From a virus (lineage: Duplodnaviria > Heunggongvirae > Uroviricota > Caudoviricetes), in the IMG/VR virus record IMGVR_UViG_3300030434_000006, positions 64,955 to 89,444 of that record: a stretch of 24,490 bases of DNA; one strand, 5' to 3'. Both the position numbers and the translations under genes were made by a program. Below, one piece after another: positions 17,720 through 24,490 of the stretch. The notes beneath the pieces are model-generated. The model worked only from the letters and a program-made list of their open reading frames with translations, made no database searches and was not told the origin of the DNA. Numbering within the stretch: the first letter of the stretch is position 1; every line of letters starts with the position of its first letter.

Positions 17720-18430
17720 ATGAACAACATTTTTAATCACAGAACGCATGGCCTGCTGGGTGCTGCATTCGAGAAACCTGCTGCAGCTGAAGAGCCAGCC
17801 ATTAAAGATTCAATGCTGGAAAGCGCGGGCTTAGGCAACGCCGCATCTGCGCGCAATGTAGCGATGTTTGAGGCTGTGGAGCGTCGCGCTGGCGAAGACG
17901 CCCGCTCCGTAGCCGCTTCCCTGCTGGCGGGCTGGGTGGCCGATGGCGAAGCCGATTCTGACAGCTTTGAAGCGCTGGCGCTGGTGCTGGCCGGTCTGGA
18001 TTCGCTGTCTGACGACGACGATCTGGATGACGAGCAGGTAGACGCATTCAACGACGCGCTGAGCCAGCTGGCAAACGCCGCTGTAGCCCTGGGCGCGGAT
18101 CAGGATGACGTCACCAGCATGATCGACGACGACGATGACAGCGCCGCTGAGAGCGTTTTCGAGGCGCTTTCCGGCCTGGCTGACGACGATGAAGCGATCG
18201 CAGATTACACCGTGGCTGGCGGTGAAGGCGGTGAAGCGATGCTTGAGTCGGCCACCTTCAAAGCTGTGCGTGACGGCCAGGTGACGCTGATCCGCAAGCG
18301 TCCGAAGAAGCGCCGCATGACGTCGCTGCAGAAGCAGGCGCTGAAAAAAGCCCGCACGAAGGCGCACAGCTCGATGGCAAATGCGCACCGTAAAAAGTCG
18401 ATGAAACTGCGTAAGAAGCGCGGCCTGTAA
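17720..18430 (+). CDS. P1 gp21-like protein; acidic body with very basic C-tail, resembling T4 gp68 prohead core protein
   Basis: SD GAGGA before the ATG at 17720; 236 aa. Asp-rich middle; C-terminus RKRPKKRR...RKKSMKLRKKRGL. Confidence 0.7.
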   Translation: MNNIFNHRTHGLLGAAFEKPAAAEEPAIKDSMLESAGLGNAASARNVAMFEAVERRAGEDARSVAASLLAGWVADGEADSDSFEALALVLAGLDSLSDDDDLDDEQVDAFNDALSQLANAAVALGADQDDVTSMIDDDDDSAAESVFEALSGLADDDEAIADYTVAGGEGGEAMLESATFKAVRDGQVTLIRKRPKKRRMTSLQKQALKKARTKAHSSMANAHRKKSMKLRKKRGL

Positions 18431-18436
18431 GGGGTA

Positions 18437-18458
18437 GCCGCCGGGTAAGACCGGCGGC
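18437..18458 (+). other. GC-rich intergenic stem-loop
   Basis: GCCGCCGG-GTAAGA-CCGGCGGC, no U tract; overlaps the approach to the next RBS. Confidence 0.6.
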
Positions 18459-18473
18459 ATTGAGGATAGCGCG

Positions 18474-19064
18474 ATGATCTGCGGTGCAATCATGCCAGAT
18501 GGGGTCAGCCCCTTCCTGAAAGTCTATATCACGTCAGAAACGGCGATGGTTGTGGGCTACATCGGGGAAGGCTCTACAGCCAGCATTGAATCCATGTGGG
18601 AATCCCCGTTCGCCAATGACTCGCTGGGCGGCGTCGCCGGTGCGGTGAGTGCTGCTGGCGGCAAGCTGGCGGGCGGTGTGCAGGCGGTAAGCGGCAGTAC
18701 ATCAAAGTCGGATTTCAACTCCCTGCTTATCTGGGAAGGCCAGCAGCCGCCTGAGTTCAGCATCGTTGTAGACCTGATGGCCACGATGAACGCGAAGGTG
18801 GAAGTGATGGACGCAATCATGACGCTGCAGCAGATGGCCTCCCCTGAACTGAACGCTGCGCTGCCGGGTGGCCGCCGTCCTCTCCCCGTGATCATGGACG
18901 TTGGCCGTCGCCTGAAGCTGATGGACGTTGTGATCCGAAGCGTAGGCTACCAGCTGGACGCACCCCGCACTGCCGAAGGGCATTACACCCACAACACCGT
19001 CACGCTCCAGTGCTCCGGCCTGAGCGTGCAGAACCAGTCTGACATTCCATATATGTTTATCTGA
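18474..19064 (+). CDS. Tube-fold baseplate/tail initiator (P1 PmgG-like)
   Basis: 196 aa. W-x-G-x-x-P-x-x-F-x-I-x-x-x-L...L-x-x-M-x-x-P...P-x-x-V-x-x-x-VG layout of gp48/54-like tube initiators; position after gene 21. Confidence 0.65.
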   Translation: MICGAIMPDGVSPFLKVYITSETAMVVGYIGEGSTASIESMWESPFANDSLGGVAGAVSAAGGKLAGGVQAVSGSTSKSDFNSLLIWEGQQPPEFSIVVDLMATMNAKVEVMDAIMTLQQMASPELNAALPGGRRPLPVIMDVGRRLKLMDVVIRSVGYQLDAPRTAEGHYTHNTVTLQCSGLSVQNQSDIPYMFI

Positions 19065-19074
19065 GGAACAAATT

Positions 19075-19566
19075 ATGTCCGGATTTTCCAACACGAAAGC
19101 CGATACCGCCTTTCTGAAAAAGCGCTTTAACCAGAACCTTGCCGCGGGCGAAAAACTTATCGGCTCTGAGTACTGGATGACCGTTAAAGGCTACCCGAAC
19201 CTGTCGATCCTGATCCGTACCACGCAGCTGCCGGAAATGGCCCGCGAGGACGTGGAAGACGTGGCACCAGGTGGCATGAAGTTTAACCAGCATGGCACCC
19301 TGAAAAACTCTGGTGAGTTCCAGATGACCTGCGTTGAAACCATCAAAGGTGACGTGTTTGCAGCAGTGCGCCAGATGGTGCTCAACAAAGAATACGTTGA
19401 TATCACCTTTGCTGCAGCAGCAGAGTCGAACGGCGGCGACAGCGCTGGCCTGACACGCAGTTACCTGCACTGCAAGGTGTACTCAGATGCCGTCGATTTT
19501 GGCTCTGAAGACACCACAGCAGCCGTGAAGCTGCCGCTGCGCGTTGTTTACAACTGGGCTGAATAA
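19075..19566 (+). CDS. Tail tube protein (P1 BplB-like, T4 gp19 fold)
   Basis: 163 aa, strong SD GAGGAA, high-expression codons. QLPEM...G...ET...L-x-V-x-YNW C-terminus as in tube proteins. Confidence 0.75.
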   Translation: MSGFSNTKADTAFLKKRFNQNLAAGEKLIGSEYWMTVKGYPNLSILIRTTQLPEMAREDVEDVAPGGMKFNQHGTLKNSGEFQMTCVETIKGDVFAAVRQMVLNKEYVDITFAAAAESNGGDSAGLTRSYLHCKVYSDAVDFGSEDTTAAVKLPLRVVYNWAE

Positions 19567-19568
19567 TC

Positions 19569-20120
19569 ATGACGCCGGTCGAACTGCTTGAAGCCGTGAA
19601 AGCGCGCTTCACGACGCTGCTGGTGGATGAAGAGGCGTTATTAACCAGCCTTCTCCGCCAGGCTCTCGGCGTCTATCAGGATCGGGCCGGTGTACCAGGC
19701 CGTAAACGCATTGAGAAACTGGGGGGCGCAAGCCTCCCATTTCCGTCTGATTACCTGTCACTGGTAAACGTGAACGATTTCAATGGCGCGCTGGTGTATG
19801 CCGATCCCTACGATTCAACCATTGAGCTTGAGCTGACTGGCCGCGAGAAATGGCCGTTTACCCTGCTCTATTTCCGCAATATCCGTGACTGCGATTACGA
19901 AGAGACACAGCTACCGGCAGACATTACCGGGCTGCTCGAAGACTACCTGGAAGTGCTGATCGCCATTCCAAATGTCGAGCGTCTGCGCCGCCTGCACATC
20001 GCCGGTAAGTTCGACGCATCGTTTCTGCCGGATGAGGCAACGCTCCACCAGCGTAAAACCGATCTGGAAATGCAGATCTCCGCCAGCCGGGCAATTATCC
20101 CCGCAATGAGCACCTGGTAA
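19569..20120 (+). CDS. Head-tail adaptor-like protein (P1 PmgC-like)
   Basis: 183 aa, helical N- and C-termini with a beta-rich middle; position before tub/pmgB/sit. Confidence 0.6.
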   Translation: MTPVELLEAVKARFTTLLVDEEALLTSLLRQALGVYQDRAGVPGRKRIEKLGGASLPFPSDYLSLVNVNDFNGALVYADPYDSTIELELTGREKWPFTLLYFRNIRDCDYEETQLPADITGLLEDYLEVLIAIPNVERLRRLHIAGKFDASFLPDEATLHQRKTDLEMQISASRAIIPAMSTW

Positions 20121-20129
20121 GGGGGCGCT

Positions 20130-20852
20130 ATGAGCTTTTTTAACGGTCTGGCCGGGAACATCAAAGGCTTTGCCGCCAGCACGGCAAAACAGGCTGGAAG
20201 CAACCTGATCTCTAACATCCTGTCCCGTGCCTCCGCCACCATGAGCGGCGGCGCCGGCGCATCGTATGCCGGTCTGCCGCCCGAGCTGGCCAACGCGAAA
20301 ACCATCCTCGAATTGGCTATGCGCATCCGGTACGCGCAGGGCTGGCAGTGGAACATCGAGATAGACGGCTTCTCCCGCGTGGACATGTACGTGAAAGATA
20401 TCACCTACAGCACAGGCAACGTTGAGACCGAAAGCAAACTGATCGGCGGTAACGAGTTCGTGAAGCCCACTCACATCACGGCGGGCTCTGTCTCGATGAC
20501 CGTTCGTGATAACGAGGATGGCGAAATTCTGCAGAAGTTTAAGGAGCGCCGTGCGCGGATCCATAACGGAGACGGCACCTTTAATCTGCCGCCAGCCTAC
20601 CTGCTCAACATCCGGATCTACCGTGTCTCACAGGACGGCCGCACCTCGCTTGAAGAGGAAATGAAAGGCTTTATCACCACGATCGGCGAGATCTCCCGCG
20701 CCCGCGATGCCGTGGGCGAGTTTGCCACCATTCCGGTGACATTTGTGAAGTACACCAGCGCCGGAAGTCTCGCAAACGGACTGCTGAAAGGAGTAACAGG
20801 GGGAATTACAAACCAGGTTCAATCATCCGCATCAAACCTCATTAAATTCTGA
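20130..20852 (+). CDS. Tube-initiator/baseplate protein (P1 Tub-like)
   Basis: 240 aa with a tube-like core (WQWNIEI...KPT...GSVSMTVRDNE...V-x-F-x-x-Y) flanked by Gly/Ala/Ser-rich arms. Confidence 0.7.
   Translation: MSFFNGLAGNIKGFAASTAKQAGSNLISNILSRASATMSGGAGASYAGLPPELANAKTILELAMRIRYAQGWQWNIEIDGFSRVDMYVKDITYSTGNVETESKLIGGNEFVKPTHITAGSVSMTVRDNEDGEILQKFKERRARIHNGDGTFNLPPAYLLNIRIYRVSQDGRTSLEEEMKGFITTIGEISRARDAVGEFATIPVTFVKYTSAGSLANGLLKGVTGGITNQVQSSASNLIKF
20803..20823 (+). promoter_or_regulatory. Possible internal late promoter for the chaperone-tape measure genes (GAATTACAAAC, 4 nt, TTCAAT)
   Basis: Third copy of the motif, embedded in the 3' end of tub; the -10 match is weaker. Confidence 0.35.
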
Positions 20853-20863
20853 AGGACAACACT

Positions 20864-21682
20864 GTGATCATCCCTCCACTGCCGCTGGCGTCGCGCCCTG
20901 CCACTGAAATCATCTTCCGACAGCCGGTGATCAAAGACGCCCTGAAATATTGCTCTCCCGACGTGTTGGGTGATGAACGGCGCGTTACGGAATACCTAAA
21001 TGCCCTGCAGGAAGGTCCGATTAATGACAGCCGCGACTGGACCGCACAGGAGCGACGCACAGCGCTGTGGTGGATCATGATTAACAGCCGCGCTGACAAC
21101 CTGGAGGCGTTTCACTACAGCTGTGAGCATTGTCAGGAACTGCACACCTATGACTTTGATCTGAGTGAACTGGCGGAGACCGTTGAGCTGCTAACCATCG
21201 AGCCCGTTGAGCGCGTGAATGTCCCTGTAAACGGCGTACCTACTGATTGGACGCTCAAGCCTTTGACCGGGCGCGGGCAGGAAATGCTGGAGCGCATGCG
21301 CGCCGGTCTGCCGGATGCTGACGCGCCGGATTATGAAACCGCCATTATGCGCATGCGTATTGCAGAGTTCGCACTTTGCACCGCGCTGGATGACGATCCA
21401 GCTGATTTTGAAGAGGCCGCAAATCGCCGCTTCGACATTCTGGAAGGCATGGTTCCCGATCTCGAGTTTGCGCCGCTGGTGGCTCATATCCAGCTGATGC
21501 AGCGCAACCTGCGCCACGGCTTGCTGATGCAAATCACACAAGGTGAAGTCCGGCTTCTGCTCCCGCCCGTAGCTTGCGAAAAGGAGGATAAGCAGATGAA
21601 TACCACTCAACTGTTTATCCCATTTCGCTCTGGATTTTTTGTTCCACGATTTTCACCTCAATGGATGGTTAACCATCATTGA
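20864..21682 (+). CDS. Tail assembly chaperone / baseplate hub assembly protein (P1 PmgB-like; T4 gp26/gp51-like)
   Basis: 272 aa, GTG start with SD AAGGA. CEHC zinc-knuckle followed by YDFDL; directly upstream of the tape measure gene. Confidence 0.72.
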   Translation: MIIPPLPLASRPATEIIFRQPVIKDALKYCSPDVLGDERRVTEYLNALQEGPINDSRDWTAQERRTALWWIMINSRADNLEAFHYSCEHCQELHTYDFDLSELAETVELLTIEPVERVNVPVNGVPTDWTLKPLTGRGQEMLERMRAGLPDADAPDYETAIMRMRIAEFALCTALDDDPADFEEAANRRFDILEGMVPDLEFAPLVAHIQLMQRNLRHGLLMQITQGEVRLLLPPVACEKEDKQMNTTQLFIPFRSGFFVPRFSPQWMVNHH

Positions 21683-21806
21683 CAACCTGACGCTGACCGC
21701 GCGCCAGCCTGTCGGTGACGTTGACGCACTGCCGTTATGGCGCGCCATTCAGATGAATAACACGCTCACAGAGCAAATGAGAAAGACTAACAGCAGGTCG
21801 GAATGA
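21639..21806 (+). CDS. Unannotated 55-codon chaperone extension (GT/gp51-like), probably reached by frameshift
   Basis: +1 frame relative to the chaperone, beginning within the T6G run. Encodes LFHDFHLNGWLTIIDNLTLTARQPVGDVDALPLWRAIQMNNTLTEQMRKTNSRSE; its TGA overlaps the tape measure ATG (ATGA, 21803-21806). Confidence 0.6.
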   Translation: MFHDFHLNGWLTIIDNLTLTARQPVGDVDALPLWRAIQMNNTLTEQMRKTNSRSE

Positions 21807-24490
21807 TGAAGCAGCAGGATCAGGCCCGCATCATTGATGCAATTCAGAAAGCCAGTGAAGCAGAGTTAAAACAGTTAACCCTGATTCGCAATGCGCTCAC
21901 AGGTACGAGACAGCCATCCTCCGCCGACAGAAATAATGCCGCGTCAGGAATCACTGTTACGCGATCGCTGACTCGTCGTAGCGCCGGTCAAAATGATGTG
22001 CAGCAGGAAAATAGTGAGAACACCAGAAAACTGCCCCACTCTGAAAAAGAACCAAAGGGGCAAAAAAAGGGCTTTAATAAGGACCAAAATAGGGCCGTAA
22101 AATCCAATTCGGTTCTTCTTTCTAACTGGGGCAGCAACAAAAGCACTAAAGAGGGCCTTAATAAGGTACAAAAAAGATCTGTCGGGGCCAGTTTGGTTCC
22201 CGTTGGTGGGCGTGGGCTTAAAAAGAACTTTAATAAAGAACTAAAACGAAATGATGAGGCCAAAAAGGTATCTTTAAACGACACCGGAAAGGCGAGCTCT
22301 GTCGGGCGTGATTCAAGTGGGCGCTTTACAGCACGGAGTGATTCTGCGGCTGCATCAGCAGCAATACAGGAAAAAAATGCGCGGCGCGCTGAGCAAAAAC
22401 AGCAGCAGGGATTTTTCCGCTCCCTAAGTAGCATGCTGGAATCTGCCACCGAAATGAACAGCGATGGTATGTCTTCCGGCGCAGACATTGCTGGAACGGC
22501 TGCAGGTGGTCCGCTATGGATGATGGGTAAAGGCATGTACGACATTTCCGCCGAAGTTGGAAAGAACGTCGTGACGCTGAAAAACTTCATGCAGGGTAAA
22601 ACCGAAGGCAACGCTGCGCTGAAAATTGAGCCTCCGTTGACGCATCCGCCAGTGACAACCGAAGCCAGAACGCCACCAGCGATCGGCAAGCCAAAATCGG
22701 CTGATGGCTTTAAATCCACTCAACAGGCAAAAGCAATTCAGGTAACGCAGGAACAGACCAAAGTGATCGCCGCCAATGACGATCGCATTGTGGATGCCCT
22801 GGACGATGTGCGGGAGGAAGTTAAGAAGCTGTCGCATGCGTCGGGGAAAGGAGCTGGCGGGCTCATGGATTCGCTGATCCCCGGCAGGCGTAAACGCCGC
22901 GGCCGTAAACGCGGTGCGCTCTCAACTGCTGCTGATGTTGCTGACGTAGCCGGTGATCTGCTGCCGGACGGCAAAGGCAAGCCCGATGCCTCTAAACCCA
23001 AGCCTAAGCCGAAAAAGAAAAGCCTACTGTCGAAAGCGCTGAGCGTTCTCAAAGGCGGCAAAAAAGCGGCAACGATTGGTGGCGTAGCAGCAACGACGGC
23101 TGCAGCCGGTGCAACGATAGCCGCAGGCAGCATGGCGGGCAGTGAAACGACTAAAGCAGGTGAAAAAGCCACACAGGCTGCAGCAGAGAAAACCGCTGCA
23201 AAAAGTGGGATAAAAGTCGCTGAAAAAACCACGGAAGCCGCAGCGGAGAAGACCGCAGAAAAAGGCGGGCTGAAAGTGGCCGGTAAACTCGCCGGTAAAA
23301 CGGCTCTTAAAGCGATCCCGCTGGTCGGAACCGTGCTCGGCGCTGGCATGGACGCATACGAAGGCTACAACGACACAGCGGGGCAGCAGAGGGCCTTTGG
23401 CCTTAAAGAAGGCGCGACCGTCAGCGGCAGACAGAAGGACGAGTACACCGCAGCAAATGTGCTGAACATGGGCGGGCTGGTATCCGGGGCGTCCGGGCTA
23501 CTGGCGTCCGGAGCGTCAGCGCTGGGTATGGACGGCGTGGCGAAGTCACTGACCTTTGATACCAGCGACATTGCGAAAGGGCTGGATTCTGGGCTGAGCA
23601 AAGTGGGCGACATGTTCAGCGCCTTCTCAACCAGCGCGTCGGGCGTCTATGACAAGCTGACCGGCACCAGCGCGGAGCAGACGAAGGCGATCACCGATGG
23701 CACCACGAAAACCGTCACGGCTATAAATCGCCTCGGTACACAGCTGCAGGGTGGCGAGTGGGGCGAGGACGGCGTAGGTACGCAGGGCAAAAACGCCGCT
23801 GATTATGCCGATGTGGCGCAAAACAGCATCGGCGCAGATCTCAATGTGGGCGGCGCAAATGCAAAGGTTCGTTCCTTCCGCAACAACAACTTTGGCAACC
23901 TGAATTATGTGGGACAGGAGGGCGCAAGCCTGGAGGCCAAAAACGGTAAAGGTGAGGCCCGGTTCGCTAAGTTCAACACGCCAGAAGAAGGATTCAGGGC
24001 GCTGGCGAATCAGCTGACAAGTTATTCAGAAGGCACCTCTAAAGCAGCTGGTTACAAGAAGCTGAATACCGTGCAGGACATCATCAAGCTGTACGCGCCG
24101 GAGAGTGAAAACAACACGTCACAGTACGTGGACTCACTATCGAAAAAGCTGGGCGTGCGTGGCGACCAGCAGCTGGACCTCAAAGATCCTAAAGTCATGA
24201 CGCAGATGATGCGTGGCATTGCCACCATCGAAGGCGGCAACCCGCAGGTAACGAACGACTTCATGATGAACGCCATTGGCCACAATGAAAATGGCAAGTG
24301 GGTCGGCGGGAAATTCAGTGACGAATCCCTTAAGTCGGTGAATGAAGCGCGTGCGAAGCAGGGCCAGGCACCCATTGCGGTGGACTCACTCTATTCTGCT
24401 GGCGACAAAGTGAAGCTGACGGCTGATGCAGTGGCCGCCGCCGCCGCACCGGCTGCTATTCCCGCACCCGCACCCATACCCGCACCCGCG
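21803..24490 (+). CDS. sit: Tape measure protein with lysozyme-like domain (P1 Sit-like), 3'-truncated by the window edge
   Basis: At least 896 codons with no stop, so absent from the ORF track. GRDSSGRF motif, Ala/Gly/Lys-rich helices, KAIPLVG, and RNNNFGNL...F-x-TPEEGFRAL...YAPESENNT-x-x-Y from 23879. Confidence 0.85.
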   Translation, partial: MMKQQDQARIIDAIQKASEAELKQLTLIRNALTGTRQPSSADRNNAASGITVTRSLTRRSAGQNDVQQENSENTRKLPHSEKEPKGQKKGFNKDQNRAVKSNSVLLSNWGSNKSTKEGLNKVQKRSVGASLVPVGGRGLKKNFNKELKRNDEAKKVSLNDTGKASSVGRDSSGRFTARSDSAAASAAIQEKNARRAEQKQQQGFFRSLSSMLESATEMNSDGMSSGADIAGTAAGGPLWMMGKGMYDISAEVGKNVVTLKNFMQGKTEGNAALKIEPPLTHPPVTTEARTPPAIGKPKSADGFKSTQQAKAIQVTQEQTKVIAANDDRIVDALDDVREEVKKLSHASGKGAGGLMDSLIPGRRKRRGRKRGALSTAADVADVAGDLLPDGKGKPDASKPKPKPKKKSLLSKALSVLKGGKKAATIGGVAATTAAAGATIAAGSMAGSETTKAGEKATQAAAEKTAAKSGIKVAEKTTEAAAEKTAEKGGLKVAGKLAGKTALKAIPLVGTVLGAGMDAYEGYNDTAGQQRAFGLKEGATVSGRQKDEYTAANVLNMGGLVSGASGLLASGASALGMDGVAKSLTFDTSDIAKGLDSGLSKVGDMFSAFSTSASGVYDKLTGTSAEQTKAITDGTTKTVTAINRLGTQLQGGEWGEDGVGTQGKNAADYADVAQNSIGADLNVGGANAKVRSFRNNNFGNLNYVGQEGASLEAKNGKGEARFAKFNTPEEGFRALANQLTSYSEGTSKAAGYKKLNTVQDIIKLYAPESENNTSQYVDSLSKKLGVRGDQQLDLKDPKVMTQMMRGIATIEGGNPQVTNDFMMNAIGHNENGKWVGGKFSDESLKSVNEARAKQGQAPIAVDSLYSAGDKVKLTADAVAAAAAPAAIPAPAPIPAPA
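23161..23280 (+). repeat. Degenerate 60-bp tandem duplication in the tape measure gene
   Basis: EKATQAAAEKTAAKSGIKVA / EKTTEAAAEKTAEKGGLKVA. Confidence 0.7.
24462..24490 (+). repeat. (CCCGCA)n Pro-Ala linker repeat in the tape measure gene
   Basis: CCCGCACCCGCACCCATACCCGCACCCGCG encodes PAPAPIPAPA. Confidence 0.75.

Larger units (their letters stand above)
1..24490 (+). mobile_element. P1-like temperate myovirus (prophage or phage-plasmid) segment: morphogenesis, methylation and lysis-accessory modules
   Basis: Capsid, sheath, tube, baseplate, PAAR, spanin and tape measure genes, plus rdgC and dmt, in an order matching recalled P1 blocks (26-25-7-24-6-5; 23-22-21-pmgG-bplB; pmgC-tub-pmgB-sit). 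Plasmid versus integrated state cannot be determined from this window. Confidence 0.93.

Noticed and set aside
1-24490. Tailocin or extracellular contractile injection system
   Set aside because: A full major capsid gene, a core-like protein, spanins and DNA-modification genes indicate a complete phage.

Overview
The window is a segment of a P1-like (Punavirus-related) myovirus prophage or phage-plasmid, probably from an Enterobacterales host. It is almost entirely on the + strand. From left to right: (i) a P1 gene 26-25-7-24-6-5-like neck/baseplate block (1-5109); (ii) a translationally coupled rdgC, beta-class DNA methyltransferase and Dmt-like (C5 + Dam fusion) operon, with a hidden second polypeptide nested out of frame in the C5 domain (5174-9896); (iii) an AT-richer accessory island holding a DUF4225-like membrane protein, a convergent two-TM protein and an orphan ORF (9935-11743); (iv) a probable late operon of two unknown ORFs, a PAAR spike tip and overlapping i-/o-spanins (11937-13717), followed by a divergent RHH-like gene; (v) an uninterrupted head/tail operon encoding major capsid, sheath, a gp21/T4 gp68-like core protein, tube paralogs, an adaptor, a tail chaperone with a candidate recoded extension, and a tape measure protein running off the right edge (14339-24490). 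No integrase, rep/par genes, tRNA, CRISPR or IS is visible. P1 gene names are assigned from recalled gene order, size and motifs, not from a database search.
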